A stretch of 64,000 nucleotides of DNA from an uncultured Wenzhouxiangellaceae bacterium (GCA_964602895.1 CAZRTG010000001.1:494-64493); one strand, 5' to 3'. Counted from the first letter of the stretch, positions 26,680 through 37,755 are shown. Notes: generated from the letters alone by a model not told the origin. Translations and numbers: made by a program.

Positions 26680-28974
26680 ATGAACAAATTTTTTCCGTTG
26701 TCGAAGTTATCATCCCTCACGCTTGCCTCCTTTATTCTTATTCCACTCACCAGTGTTGCCCAAACTGCAGACGACGGTGCCCTGATGCTGGAAGAGGTAG
26801 TTGTAACCGCCCAGCGACGCGAAGAGTCATTGCAGGACGTTCCGATCAGTATCTCCGTATTTGGCAATGAGCAATTGGTCAAAACCAATATAACCACTGC
26901 TGCCCAATATTTGGTAATGACCCCCAATGTCGGCTACTCGGAAGACGGTGAAGGCGGCAGCCGCAGCATCAATATCGCTATTCGCGGCGTCAGCAACGTA
27001 ACCCTGGATGGTGTGGCCTCTGCCAACTCCATCGGTTACTACATTGATGAATTGTCTGTTGGCGCCATGGCGCAGGGCACGATTAACCCCCAATTGCAGG
27101 ATATAGAACAGATTGAGGTTCTGCGTGGCCCACAGGGCACCTACTACGGTCGTAACGCAGTCGGTGGTGCACTCAACATTACGACCGTCAAACCCAACGA
27201 CGAATTTTATTTTGAAGGTTCTCTGACGGGCGCAAATTTTGGTACCTTTGGCGCCGAAGCGATAATCAACGTTCCATTCAGTGACCGATTTATGGCACGC
27301 GGCGTATTTGCTTATGAAGAGTCTGATACCCCAATCAAAAATGTGAATGAACTGGGTAATGACCCTTTTTATGAATACACCACAGGTCGTGTCTCTTTCC
27401 GCGCTCTGCCGACAGACAATGTGACCATGGATCTGTCAGTCACCGTCACAAACGAAGATGAAGGTGGCGACATCGCCATTCCGTCGGGCATAGTCGATCT
27501 TGATACGCAATCCATTTTTGGCTTCGGCCCCTATGATGCCATCGATACCGGCCTGGGCTTCTATCCGACCAATGATGATCGAATCGACCGGGATACCATC
27601 GAAGCGAACAATAAAGACTTCACCATTATCAATGGTCGCATCAATTGGGATCTGGGCAATGTGCAGCTGACGTCGGTCACTGGCTATATCGACAGTACAT
27701 TCTTCCGCCAATCCGATCTGGATGGTATTTCTTTGACGATCGGACCATTGCCGTTACGACGTGAAAATGATTACGACGCAAAAACCTGGAGCCAGGAATT
27801 CCGTCTGATGTCCAGTGGTGACTCCAAGACAGACTGGACCATTGGTGCCATTTATATCGACGATGACATCAACCGCGCAAATCAGATTCAAATCATGCCG
27901 AAGGATGCACCGAGCGGTGAAGAAATTGGCTATATCAATAACGACGTGCAGAATTTCGGATTCAAGAGTACCGCTGTATTTGGTGAAGCGACCATTCCGG
28001 TAGTCGGTAATTTCGATTTGACTGTTGGTGCCCGTTTCTCACAGGATAAAGTTTCCGCCACTGCTTTCGACACAAGACAAACACAGCCCTTATCCGGTAG
28101 CGAAACGTTTAAAGACTTTTCACCCAGATTGGTATTGCGCCACTTGACCGATACTACAACCTGGTACGGCTCTGTTTCAAAGGGTTACAAATCCGGCGGC
28201 GTGGACGTTTCCGGTGCTTCCAGAACACAACCGGCCCCATTTGAATCGGAAGAATTGTGGAACTATGAAGTAGGTTTTAAAACACAGTTTGCGGGTGGTA
28301 GAACTACACTTTCCGGTGCCGTTTTCTACCTCGACTGGTCAGACTTCCAGGTTCAAACCATGCGCCTGGATGACCCGAACGATATCGGCTCATCAATCTC
28401 CACCACCCAGAACGCAGACTCTGCCAGTTCCAAAGGCGCGGAACTGGAGTTCAGCACTCTGCTGACACCTGGCCTTGTGTGGACCGCTAACGTCGGTTAT
28501 GTAGATGCTCAATTTGATGACTATAAAGACGCAGCCTTGCGTGGCGAAACCAACGGCATTCCTAACATGCTCGATGTTTCAGGTCAGCCGCTGCCCAGAA
28601 CGCCTGAGTGGACCTTCAGTACTGCTTTGCAGTATGACTGGGACATTGGCACCAATAGCGCTTATGTACGCGGTGAATATGCCTTTACTGACAACCAGTA
28701 CAGCGATATTGAAGCCATCGGCTCACTGGTCGGTGAAACCGTCAATGGTGATCCGTTCGTACTGCCTTCCTTCCCGTACCAGATACCGGACTACTCAGTA
28801 GTCAACCTGTTCGCAGGGCTTGAAGGTGACCGTTACCGCATCGTGGCCTTTATGAAAAATGCCCTGGACGAGCAGTACTACACCGGTACTGCAGACAACT
28901 TTGGTGCCGCGGGTATCCGCTTGAGACCGCACTTCCGTGAGTTTGGCATCAAGGTTACATTCAAGACAAACTAG
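26680..28974 (+). CDS. TonB-dependent outer-membrane receptor
   Basis: Signal peptide, TonB-box/plug start LEEVVVTAQRREESLQDVPISISV, a long beta-barrel with alternating pattern, 764 aa. Confidence 0.9.
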   Translation: MNKFFPLSKLSSLTLASFILIPLTSVAQTADDGALMLEEVVVTAQRREESLQDVPISISVFGNEQLVKTNITTAAQYLVMTPNVGYSEDGEGGSRSINIAIRGVSNVTLDGVASANSIGYYIDELSVGAMAQGTINPQLQDIEQIEVLRGPQGTYYGRNAVGGALNITTVKPNDEFYFEGSLTGANFGTFGAEAIINVPFSDRFMARGVFAYEESDTPIKNVNELGNDPFYEYTTGRVSFRALPTDNVTMDLSVTVTNEDEGGDIAIPSGIVDLDTQSIFGFGPYDAIDTGLGFYPTNDDRIDRDTIEANNKDFTIINGRINWDLGNVQLTSVTGYIDSTFFRQSDLDGISLTIGPLPLRRENDYDAKTWSQEFRLMSSGDSKTDWTIGAIYIDDDINRANQIQIMPKDAPSGEEIGYINNDVQNFGFKSTAVFGEATIPVVGNFDLTVGARFSQDKVSATAFDTRQTQPLSGSETFKDFSPRLVLRHLTDTTTWYGSVSKGYKSGGVDVSGASRTQPAPFESEELWNYEVGFKTQFAGGRTTLSGAVFYLDWSDFQVQTMRLDDPNDIGSSISTTQNADSASSKGAELEFSTLLTPGLVWTANVGYVDAQFDDYKDAALRGETNGIPNMLDVSGQPLPRTPEWTFSTALQYDWDIGTNSAYVRGEYAFTDNQYSDIEAIGSLVGETVNGDPFVLPSFPYQIPDYSVVNLFAGLEGDRYRIVAFMKNALDEQYYTGTADNFGAAGIRLRPHFREFGIKVTFKTN

Positions 28975-29013
28975 TATCAGGTAGTACCCCGAGCATAATG
29001 ATCTGTGCCTGTT

Positions 29014-29055
29014 ACCGGGTTGGTAAGTTTAAACACTTCCAACCCGGTTTTTTTT
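29014..29055 (+). terminator. rho-independent terminator after the TonB-dependent receptor
   Basis: 10-bp stem ACCGGGTTGG / CCAACCCGGT followed by seven T residues. Confidence 0.7.
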
Positions 29056-29190
29056 ACCTTCCGAAAATACCAAAGCTGTTTTCAGGCTGGCTTGAATTAT
29101 GTGCCCGGCAGGTACTTGGTGATGCGCACAACACTACACCATACGCTGTAAGCTGTAGTGTGCTGACATGCTGTTAAGTGGAACACGATC

Positions 29191-30261
29191 ATGAAGCAAT
29201 TGCAGATTAAATGGCTAGGCGGAGTCCTGTTGTTGTGCAGCACTGCAGTGATGGCCGCCAACAATCCCGTAGACGAGAACTGGTGGCCCGGCGAATTTGG
29301 CGCTGAAGATCAACGTGGCGCAGTAAATTACATTACTCCGAAGAAGCGCCTGGAAGCCGTTAAATTGGTTAAGCAAGGCAAAACCCTGACCTTGGGCATG
29401 CCCTATCACAACGGCATGCCGCTGGTCCCCGGCCGCACTTACAGCCTGATGATACCGGGTGCCGGCAAGCCCATGCACGGTCCCGCCCCCTGGCAGGGAG
29501 AGGAGTTCAAACACACCTTCAACGATGAGTTTCTTGTCTCAGAGCTTGGGCAGGTTGGCAGCCAGTTCGATGGCCCCGGACATCCCATGATCTGGGTGGC
29601 CGGGCAGGAAGGTTGGAAAGAGGGCAACTACCTCTATAACGGTCGCCGTTTTGAAGACTATGGCCACGGTCGGGGTTTACAGGTCAACGGCGTGGAACAT
29701 GTCGCAGAGGTGGGGTTTTTCACACGCGGCATCCTGATCGATATGCCCGTATTGAAAGGTGTAAAACGCTTACAGAAAGGTGAGGAGATCACCGTTACCG
29801 ATTTCAAGCAGGCCCTGAAGCAGCAGAATATCGATAACGCCAGCCAGGGGGATGTGGTACTGATTCGTACCGGCTGGATTCAACTGTGGAAGAGCTACCT
29901 GGATGAGACAGGGCACATCACCGGCTCGGCGGAAGAGGTGTACGCCGCCAATCAGGAATTCATGTCCGGAGAGCCTGGCGTGTCGGCCGAGCTTTGCGAA
30001 TACCTTGCTCAAAGAAAAATATCCATGCTGGTGACGGACCAGGGAGCTGTGGAGCCACTGGGTGGTGAAAATCAATCTCCTGACGCACCCTTCGGCTATT
30101 GCCACATGAACCTGCTGGTACGTCGGGGCATTTATCTGTTTGAGAGCCTGGATATGGAAGCTTTATCCCGTGAAAAAGCATATGAATTTCTTTTCACCTG
30201 GGCACCATTGAAACTGGTTGGCGCAACCGGTTCTCCTGGCAATCCCATTGTGGCTTGGTAA
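29191..30261 (+). CDS. secreted cyclase-family (arylformamidase-like) protein
   Basis: Signal peptide LLLCSTAVMAAN. Overall pattern of the putative-cyclase family, but the metal motif (FDGPGHPM) is divergent. Confidence 0.5.
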   Translation: MKQLQIKWLGGVLLLCSTAVMAANNPVDENWWPGEFGAEDQRGAVNYITPKKRLEAVKLVKQGKTLTLGMPYHNGMPLVPGRTYSLMIPGAGKPMHGPAPWQGEEFKHTFNDEFLVSELGQVGSQFDGPGHPMIWVAGQEGWKEGNYLYNGRRFEDYGHGRGLQVNGVEHVAEVGFFTRGILIDMPVLKGVKRLQKGEEITVTDFKQALKQQNIDNASQGDVVLIRTGWIQLWKSYLDETGHITGSAEEVYAANQEFMSGEPGVSAELCEYLAQRKISMLVTDQGAVEPLGGENQSPDAPFGYCHMNLLVRRGIYLFESLDMEALSREKAYEFLFTWAPLKLVGATGSPGNPIVAW

Positions 30262-30266
30262 AGATC

Positions 30267-31793
30267 ATGACTCATCCTGAAAAGCAACTGCTTCGTTTAC
30301 ACCCCGATGACAATGTGGCGCTGGCCAGACAGCAACTGCCAGCAGGAGAGGCTGGTCCAGGCTTCAAACCCGTCACGGAAATTCCGGCACTACACAAAGT
30401 TGCTTTGACCGATATCCCGGTTGGTGGTCGTATCATCAAATATCAACAAACCATCGGCATAGCCTCACAGCCTATCCGCGCCGGGGAGCACGTACATAGC
30501 CATAACTGTGTGGTTGCCAGCATCAACAAGAACTATGCTTTTGACACTTTGGTAAAACCAACCGACTACATACCGGTGGATCAACAGGCTGCATTCCAGG
30601 GGTACAGACGTGCGAACGGTAAGATCGGTACACGAAATTATCTGGGCATACTGACTTCAGTCAATTGCTCCGGTACGGTGGCGCATCAGGTTGCAAACGC
30701 CATCAATAACTCGGCTGAGTTACCCGCGCAAGCCAATATCGATGGTGCGGTGGCGCTGGTGCACGGCACCGGCTGCGGTATGCGCGGCAGCGGTGACGGT
30801 TTCGATAATCTCAAACGCATTCTTCGCGGCTATGCACTGCACCCGAATTTTGGTGGTGTTGTATTGATCGGACTGGGCTGTGAAGTCATGCAGATCAACG
30901 CGCTACTGGCCGAATTCCAGATGGAGGAGTCTGACACGTTACGCTATCTGACAATACAGGAAGCAGGTGGCACTCGGGCAGCCATAGCCAATGGTATGGC
31001 GTTGCTACAGGAAATGTTGCCTGTCGTTGGCAAAGCGCAACGAGAAAGCTGTCCGGCCAGCGAGCTGACGTTGGCATTGCAGTGCGGCGGCTCCGATGCC
31101 CTGTCAGGGGTTACGGCCAATCCCGCACTGGGCGCCGCCGTTGACCGGCTGGTCCGGGAAGGCGGGACCGCCATTCTGTCGGAAACACCGGAAATTTATG
31201 GTGCCGAACACCTTTTGATCAAACGTGCCCGTGATCGATCTGTCGCAGACGCGCTGATAGAGCGCATCGAGTGGTGGGAAAAATACACCCGTGCCACCGG
31301 TGATGAACTGGACAATAACCCGTCGCCGGGAAACAAGATGGGTGGCCTGACCACCATTCTCGAAAAATCCCTGGGTGCAGTGGCAAAGGGTGGCAGTACC
31401 GAACTCTGCGGGGTGTATCGATATGGCGAGATCGTTGATCGCAAGGGCCTGGTTTTTATGGACAGCCCCGGCTTTGACCCGGCCTCGGTTACCGGTCAGG
31501 TAGCTTCCGGGGCGAATGTGATTTGCTTTACCACAGGCCGCGGTTCTGCCTTCGGCTTCAAGCCCGTGCCTTCTTTAAAGCTCACCACCAACACTCCCAT
31601 TTTCCAACGCATGAATGAGGATATGGACATCAACTGCGGCGATATCGTCGATGGATTGATTGACGTGCAGGGCAAGGGTGAGGAGATTTTCCAGGCTGTT
31701 CTGAATGTGGCTTCAGGGCAAAAAACCAAAAGTGAATTGTTGGATTATGGCAGTAATGAATTCACCCCCTGGCAAATCGGGGCGGTCGTTTAA
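30267..31793 (+). CDS. UxaA-family sugar-acid dehydratase (altronate/galactarate dehydratase-like) with N-terminal SAF domain
   Basis: The HPDDNVALA SAF start and the Cys-containing blocks NCSGTVA, GTGCG, GLGCE are as in UxaA/GarD. Confidence 0.78.
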   Translation: MTHPEKQLLRLHPDDNVALARQQLPAGEAGPGFKPVTEIPALHKVALTDIPVGGRIIKYQQTIGIASQPIRAGEHVHSHNCVVASINKNYAFDTLVKPTDYIPVDQQAAFQGYRRANGKIGTRNYLGILTSVNCSGTVAHQVANAINNSAELPAQANIDGAVALVHGTGCGMRGSGDGFDNLKRILRGYALHPNFGGVVLIGLGCEVMQINALLAEFQMEESDTLRYLTIQEAGGTRAAIANGMALLQEMLPVVGKAQRESCPASELTLALQCGGSDALSGVTANPALGAAVDRLVREGGTAILSETPEIYGAEHLLIKRARDRSVADALIERIEWWEKYTRATGDELDNNPSPGNKMGGLTTILEKSLGAVAKGGSTELCGVYRYGEIVDRKGLVFMDSPGFDPASVTGQVASGANVICFTTGRGSAFGFKPVPSLKLTTNTPIFQRMNEDMDINCGDIVDGLIDVQGKGEEIFQAVLNVASGQKTKSELLDYGSNEFTPWQIGAVV

Positions 31794-31865
31794 AGCGCGA
31801 AGAGCACTCCGGCCTGGTGAAATGCTTTCGATTTAATTCTTACTGAACTCCAAGGAAACTCTGAA

Positions 31866-33056
31866 TTATTCAGAATTTTCCTGATTCAGCAATCCCCGCC
31901 TGGCCAGATTGGTCATCAATGCCGTAAGGCCAAACTGCCACTTCGGCGCTTCGTCTGACCAGGTGACTTTATTGACCAGGCTACCCAACTGCGCGGATGC
32001 AACCGTTACCACATCACCGGGCTTATGGGTAAAGCCCTGTCCTGCTTCGCCTCTGTCCTGTGTGGGCGCAATCAGCGAACCCAGATACAGGGCAAAACCA
32101 TCCGGATACTGGTGATTGCTGCCCATGGTTTGTGCCACCAGATCCAAAGGATCACGGGTCATCAGTTCCATGCTGCTTGCCTCGGTAAACCGGAACCCGT
32201 CTTCACCACTGACCTGCAGGGAAACCCGGGCCTGACGCACCGAAGACATATCGAAACCGTCGTCAAAAACCCGTACAAAAGGGCCGATACTGGCTGAGGC
32301 ATTGTTGTCCTTGCCCTTGCCCAGCAACAGCGCACTGCGGCCTTCAAAATCTCGCAGATTGACATCATTACCCAGGCTGGCACCCACCACTTGCTGCTGA
32401 CTGTTACACACCAGCACGACCTCCGGCTCCGGATTGTTCCACGCCGAATCACGACGGATGCCGACCCAATCACCCCAACCTATGGCCGACAGCGTGGCGG
32501 CCTTGGTGAACACCTCGGCATCGGGACCTATGGCGACTTCCAGGTATTGAGACCACATGCCTTTCGCGATCAGTTGCTGCTTGAGTTCGGCAGCCTGTTC
32601 GCTACCTGGCTGCACTTCCGCCAGTAAATTCCCAAAGGAGGCCTGCAGACTGGCGCGTATGCGTTCAGCAGCGTGCAGGTCACCCGCCGCCTGTTCTTCA
32701 ACCACCCGTTCCATCACCGATACCGCAAAGGTCACACCACAGGCCTTGATGCATTGCAGATCGATAGGCGTTAACAGCTTCAAGCCCCGCCTGGCTGCTT
32801 CCCAGCTCAGGCCATCGAGAACCTCTGTTGCCTTGCCCAGCTTCGTGCCTTTGAAAGTGCGCAGCTGGCTGGCCACATCGGGTAATTCAAACAATTGGGA
32901 TACGGTAGCGGCTAAACCACTGATGTCGTACATCACCGAATCGATCACCACTACAGGCACAGGGCCTGATGCCGCATTGCTCCAGACGCGCCCTACCAGC
33001 AAGGCATCAGCGACGTCTTCAGGCAAGAGGCGAGACAGGGGGTTTGAACGGCTCAT
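31866..33056 (-). CDS. fumarylacetoacetate hydrolase (FAH)-family protein
   Basis: C-terminal catalytic-domain pattern GNDVNLRDFEGRSALLLGKGKD...IGPF. 396 aa. Confidence 0.65.
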   Translation of the reverse strand: MSRSNPLSRLLPEDVADALLVGRVWSNAASGPVPVVVIDSVMYDISGLAATVSQLFELPDVASQLRTFKGTKLGKATEVLDGLSWEAARRGLKLLTPIDLQCIKACGVTFAVSVMERVVEEQAAGDLHAAERIRASLQASFGNLLAEVQPGSEQAAELKQQLIAKGMWSQYLEVAIGPDAEVFTKAATLSAIGWGDWVGIRRDSAWNNPEPEVVLVCNSQQQVVGASLGNDVNLRDFEGRSALLLGKGKDNNASASIGPFVRVFDDGFDMSSVRQARVSLQVSGEDGFRFTEASSMELMTRDPLDLVAQTMGSNHQYPDGFALYLGSLIAPTQDRGEAGQGFTHKPGDVVTVASAQLGSLVNKVTWSDEAPKWQFGLTALMTNLARRGLLNQENSE

Positions 33057-33069
33057 AACGGCACCTTGC

Positions 33070-33873
33070 TCAATGCTCCAACACCTGTGAAAGAAAACGC
33101 TTCACCCGGTCGTTCGCGGGTGCATCAAAAAACTGATCCGGTGCACAATCTTCAACGATGCAGCCTTCATCCATAAACAACACACGATTGGCAACCCGTC
33201 GTGCAAAGGTCATTTCATGGGTGACGCAGACCATGGTCATGCCGGATTGTGCCAGCGCAATCATGGTTTCCAACACCTCGCCAATGGTCTCCGGGTCCAG
33301 AGCCGACGTAGGCTCGTCAAACAGCATCATGCCGGGCTCCATGCACAGGGCACGGGCTATGGCAACACGTTGCTGTTGGCCACCCGACATCTGTGCCGGA
33401 TACTTGGCGCCAAAGCCCGTCAGCTTGACCTTGTCCAGATAATAGTTGGCCCGATCGATCGCAACCGCGTTGGGGCACTTGTGTACCACCCGCGGTGCCA
33501 ATGTGAGGTTTTCCAGTACGGTCAGATGCGGGAACAAATTGAATTGCTGAAATACCATGCCGACGTTCTGCCGCATCAAGCGAATTTCTTTTGCCGTCCG
33601 GGCTTCCTTGCCCTGTACTTTCAGACTGCCGGATTGGTGTTTTTCCAGTGCGTTGATGCAACGTATCAGAGTGGATTTACCGGAACCGGACGGCCCGCAA
33701 ATCACCACCTTTTCACCGGTATGAATCTGCAGGTTGATGTCTTTCAATACATGCAGGTCACCGTACCACTTGTTCAAACCGGTGATCTGTACCTGCGGTA
33801 CGTTCCCTGCTGCATCAGGTTGCTGGTCTTGCATCTGCATGTTCAAAACTCCACTCTGGACCTTGAGGCTCAT
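33070..33873 (-). CDS. polar amino-acid ABC transporter ATP-binding protein (AapP/GlnQ-like)
   Basis: Walker A GPSGSGKST, signature MSGGQQQR, Walker B MLFDEPTSALD. ATGA overlap with the upstream SDR gene. Confidence 0.9.
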   Translation of the reverse strand: MSLKVQSGVLNMQMQDQQPDAAGNVPQVQITGLNKWYGDLHVLKDINLQIHTGEKVVICGPSGSGKSTLIRCINALEKHQSGSLKVQGKEARTAKEIRLMRQNVGMVFQQFNLFPHLTVLENLTLAPRVVHKCPNAVAIDRANYYLDKVKLTGFGAKYPAQMSGGQQQRVAIARALCMEPGMMLFDEPTSALDPETIGEVLETMIALAQSGMTMVCVTHEMTFARRVANRVLFMDEGCIVEDCAPDQFFDAPANDRVKRFLSQVLEH

Positions 33874-34733
33874 TCTACCGACGACTTGTCTCCCGCTACC
33901 CACCACGCAATATCGGCCAGGCGTGTAATCAGTGTCTGACGCTCGATGTCGTCCAGGCCAGTCAATACTTCCTGCATCAACAAAGCCTTTTCGCCAACAA
34001 TGTAACGAAACTCCGGTGCATCATCTGTGGCGATCTGCCGAATCAATGCAGCCACTTCCTTTGGGTCCCCGCCTTCGGCCACCGACTCACGAACCTTGTC
34101 GAAACGAAAAGCCAGCAGTGCATGATAGGGTGAATCAACCGCAATCCCGGCAGGCATGGTCATCTTGTGCCCGATATCGGTTCTAAAGGCGCTGGGGCAA
34201 ACCACGGATACCTGGATACCGAAACGATGAACTTCATATTTCATGGCTTCAAATGCGATTTCCAGTGCCGCCTTGCTGGCGCAATAGGCCCCGTCAATAA
34301 CGCGCCCCACCATGGAACCGATGGATGAAACGGTGATGATACGGCCCCATTGGCGCTCACGCATGGCGGGCAATACCGCTCTGGCCATGTTGATGGCACC
34401 AAAAAAATTGGTTTCAAACACCTGTCTGAAATCACCATCGGGCATATCTTCCATGGCGCCCAGCAAATGGATCCCGGCATTGTTGACCAGCACATCGATC
34501 CGCCCATGGTCGGTCAGCACCGCGGCCACACACTGCCGGATGGATTTCTGATGGGTGACATCCAGCGCGCGAACATCCAGGTTTTCATCTGCAGTAAAAT
34601 TGCTTTTGGTCGGGTCCCGCATGGTGGCAATCACCTGATCACCCGCCTGCAGGAATTCACGCACGCACAACTCACCAAAGCCGGAACTGCAACCCGTAAT
34701 CAGAACCACTCTCCGGTCTGGCCCAAGGCTCAT
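33870..34733 (-). CDS. short-chain dehydrogenase/reductase
   Basis: Contains ITGCSSGFG, NNAGI and YCASKAAL. The start at MSLGPDRR overlaps the ALDH stop (ATGA). Confidence 0.85.
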   Translation of the reverse strand: MSLGPDRRVVLITGCSSGFGELCVREFLQAGDQVIATMRDPTKSNFTADENLDVRALDVTHQKSIRQCVAAVLTDHGRIDVLVNNAGIHLLGAMEDMPDGDFRQVFETNFFGAINMARAVLPAMRERQWGRIITVSSIGSMVGRVIDGAYCASKAALEIAFEAMKYEVHRFGIQVSVVCPSAFRTDIGHKMTMPAGIAVDSPYHALLAFRFDKVRESVAEGGDPKEVAALIRQIATDDAPEFRYIVGEKALLMQEVLTGLDDIERQTLITRLADIAWWVAGDKSSVE

Positions 34734-36217
34734 TGCAAACTCACAACCACAGACTTCAATTCCATGTACTGCTCCATGCCTTCCCAACCATTCTCACGCC
34801 CCCAACCGGAAAGCTTGTAGCCCCCAAACGGGATGGCCGGGTCAGCAACCGCATGGCAGTTGATCCACACCAGGCCCGCCTGTACCTGGGCGGCAAGGCG
34901 GTGTCCGCGCGCCAGGTTCCGGGTCCAGATACTGGCTGCCAGGCCGTACTCGGTGTCGTTGGCGCGCTCCATCACTTCGCTGGTATCATTGAATTTCATG
35001 GCGCAAACCACCGGGCCAAAAATCTCCTCACGTACCACGGTCATGCTGTGGTCCACATCAGCCAGAACCGTTGGTCGCATGAAATAACCGTTCTGATCCA
35101 GGCGCTTGCCACCTGCAACGACCCGTGCGCCCTGGCCATGACCGTGCTCGACCATGGACAAGACTCGATTCAACTGCTTTTTTGATACCAGCGGACCCAT
35201 TTGGGTCTGCTCATTCAGCCCGGGCCCCACGCGCATGTCGTTGGCTATTTTGGCTATGCCAGCCAACACCTCATCGTAAACCGCCGCTTCGATATACAAG
35301 CGCGAACCGGCAATGCACACCTGCCCGGCATTGAAGAAAATCGCATTGGCCGCAGCCGGAATCGCCCGCTCCAGATCGGCATCGGCACAAATAATCACCG
35401 GGGATTTACCACCCAGTTCGAGTGATATTTTTTTCAGGTTACCACCGGAGTTCCGCACAATTTGCTGGCCAACTTCGGTAGAGCCGGTAAAGGCGATTTT
35501 GCGAATCCCATGGTGAGCACACATGGCTGCGCCAGCGGTATGGCCATAGCCGGGAATGATGTTCGCCACGCCTGCCGGAACGCCCGCTTCCAGCAACAGC
35601 TGGCCCATATACAAAGCGGTCAGTGGTGTTTCCTCAGCCGGTTTGAAAACCGTTGTGCAGCCTGCAGCCAGTGCCGGTGCCAGCTTCCAGGAAGCAGACA
35701 CAATTGGCCCGTTCCACGGTACGATTTGCCCCACCACACCGATGGGTTCGCGCCGGGTGTATGCATGAAAATCAGACGGGGAAGAGGATACCTGCGGGGT
35801 TTTGCCTTCAATCTTGGTACACAGGCCGGCATAGTGGCGGAAAGTCTTTGCTGCGGCCGGAACATCTCCGGCAATTGAGGCACTCAAGGGCTTGCCATTT
35901 TCCAACGTATTCAACCGCGCCAGGTCGCCAACATGCTCTTCCAGCAATTCGGCAACGCGCCAGAGTATTTTACTGCGTTCATAAGGCGTGATCCCGGTCC
36001 AGGCACCGTTCTGGAAGGCATCCGATGCCGCTGTTACAGCCGCATCCACCTCAGCCTGACCGGCTGCCGCCACCGATGCAATAACCGTTTCAGTGGCGGG
36101 ATCAATCACCTCAATCTGTTCACCCGACTCCGCCTGCACCCATTCGCCACCAATCAGCATGGGGCGGCTGGCAGCGAGAAACTTATCAAGCGACTGCGCC
36201 TTGGACGACTGGCTCAC
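34730..36217 (-). CDS. NAD(P)-dependent aldehyde dehydrogenase (paralogue 2)
   Basis: Contains ELGGKSPVII, GQVCIAGSRLYI and EEIFGPV. Confidence 0.9.
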   Translation of the reverse strand: MSQSSKAQSLDKFLAASRPMLIGGEWVQAESGEQIEVIDPATETVIASVAAAGQAEVDAAVTAASDAFQNGAWTGITPYERSKILWRVAELLEEHVGDLARLNTLENGKPLSASIAGDVPAAAKTFRHYAGLCTKIEGKTPQVSSSPSDFHAYTRREPIGVVGQIVPWNGPIVSASWKLAPALAAGCTTVFKPAEETPLTALYMGQLLLEAGVPAGVANIIPGYGHTAGAAMCAHHGIRKIAFTGSTEVGQQIVRNSGGNLKKISLELGGKSPVIICADADLERAIPAAANAIFFNAGQVCIAGSRLYIEAAVYDEVLAGIAKIANDMRVGPGLNEQTQMGPLVSKKQLNRVLSMVEHGHGQGARVVAGGKRLDQNGYFMRPTVLADVDHSMTVVREEIFGPVVCAMKFNDTSEVMERANDTEYGLAASIWTRNLARGHRLAAQVQAGLVWINCHAVADPAIPFGGYKLSGWGRENGWEGMEQYMELKSVVVSLQ

Positions 36218-36471
36218 GGGCGGCCACCTTTTTTCTGCGGCTTGCCTTTGAACTTGCCGAACCAGTAAACAAAGGGAAAACTCAAAACAAAGCGAAACGC
36301 AGCGCCGCTACTGAAAATTGCCTTGGCAATCGTCATGGCGTCTTCAGGTGTGATGTGCACCTTGGTAGCCATGGATTTGGTTGGGTCGTTCAGTACCACG
36401 ATGCCATGCTTTGTTTTCTCAATGCGATGCACCTCAAAATCCAGTTCTACCAGTTTGCTGACCACCTTCAC
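36214..36471 (-). CDS. conserved 85-aa tail-anchored small protein (paralogue 2 of 2)
   Basis: Same length and architecture as 18736..18993. Shared residues: MKV-SKL, DF, DP, M--KV, P-D, AKA, L-FPF, and a basic tail KFKGKPQKKGGRP. Confidence 0.7.
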   Translation of the reverse strand: MKVVSKLVELDFEVHRIEKTKHGIVVLNDPTKSMATKVHITPEDAMTIAKAIFSSGAAFRFVLSFPFVYWFGKFKGKPQKKGGRP

Positions 36472-36539
36472 TGCATTTTGCTCCTTTATTGCCCGTTACG
36501 TTCAGACCATTGCCTGAACGCAATACCTGTCTGACCCTA

Positions 36540-37697
36540 TCAGTCCTTACGCAAAGTACCCATTTTGTGCGCATGGGCTACCCGCTGTTCAAGCTCACCC
36601 GACATCTGTTCCGGGGTCATGCCGGCAGGCGGCGTGAAGGTGCCCTGCGCATACAACCGGTCCAGCGCCAACTTGGCACCTTCGATTTTATCGGTCAGAT
36701 TGCGTGGCGGCTTGCCAACCGGGAACGTATTGGGCGGGTAAATGGGCTTTTCATACATTTCCGCAAATATTTCCGTACGCATATCCACCCAGGTGTTATG
36801 CGCAATACGTGAACGGTGCTCCCGCAAGGCCTCGATATCAATGGGTGCCGCCAGTACCTGCTCGGCAGGATAGGGGGCAATCCGGTTGACCACGCCAATG
36901 TAATCGATAATCAACGAGTGGCCGGGGCAGAATGCTTTCGGATAATAATCATAGTCACAGGTGCCCCAGTTGGAACCCAACAGGTAACACATGTTGTCAT
37001 GGGCACGGGCACGCCGGGTGAAGGTCCAGAAATCCCAGGGATCGGAAATGCCTTCAAACGACTGGTTCGCAGTGGGATGGCAAATTACTTCAGCGCCGTT
37101 ATAAGCCAGTGCACGGGAAATTTCCGGTGTGGCGCCATCGTGACAGGTCATGGTGCCCAACTTGCCAATTTCGGTGTCCACTACCGGGAAGCGGCTTTTC
37201 AGATCGGCGCCGTATACCGGACCGTATTCGGCAATCATGTCATGCGGGCTGGTGCCCAGACCAATATAGGCCGGCACATGCCACTTGTGGTATTTGAGAA
37301 TGACATCGCCATCGGGGCCTATGATAAAAGCGGTATTGAACCAGCGATCCGGGAATTCAGGCAGCTTCTCAATTACACCACCACCGGCAATGTACATGCC
37401 ATACTGTTTGGCTTTCTGGCCCAGAATTTCGGTCTCGGGTCCGGGAATGGTAATGGCCTTTTTCATAAAGCCTTCCAGACCGTCCTCACCTTTACCTGGA
37501 GTGGTCACACCCTGCAGGAAATATTCAGGCAACACCGCCAACCGGGCCGGTAATTCCCAGTAATAGCCCACACCAAAGTCGATCATATTGCACACCCGGT
37601 TCAGGTTGACCATGATGTCATCCCGGTTCTGGGCAATTTTCACTGCGGGCTGGATTACAAGTCCTGTATAGGTTTTGATTCTGCTAGCCATAATCAT
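36540..37697 (-). CDS. carbon-nitrogen hydrolase (nitrilase superfamily) (paralogue 2 of 2)
   Basis: Shares long identical runs with 17564..18718: FPDRWFNT, LKYHKWH, DTEIGKLGTMTCHDG, YYPKAFCPG, EKPIYPPN, FTPPAG. Start set at MIMASR (AAGGA upstream). The ORF-track start is 37784. Confidence 0.82.
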   Translation of the reverse strand: MIMASRIKTYTGLVIQPAVKIAQNRDDIMVNLNRVCNMIDFGVGYYWELPARLAVLPEYFLQGVTTPGKGEDGLEGFMKKAITIPGPETEILGQKAKQYGMYIAGGGVIEKLPEFPDRWFNTAFIIGPDGDVILKYHKWHVPAYIGLGTSPHDMIAEYGPVYGADLKSRFPVVDTEIGKLGTMTCHDGATPEISRALAYNGAEVICHPTANQSFEGISDPWDFWTFTRRARAHDNMCYLLGSNWGTCDYDYYPKAFCPGHSLIIDYIGVVNRIAPYPAEQVLAAPIDIEALREHRSRIAHNTWVDMRTEIFAEMYEKPIYPPNTFPVGKPPRNLTDKIEGAKLALDRLYAQGTFTPPAGMTPEQMSGELEQRVAHAHKMGTLRKD

Positions 37698-37755
37698 TCT
37701 ATTCCTTAATAAATTGAGCGTTTGGGTATTCAGTTCCTGAGTATTAAAAAACCGG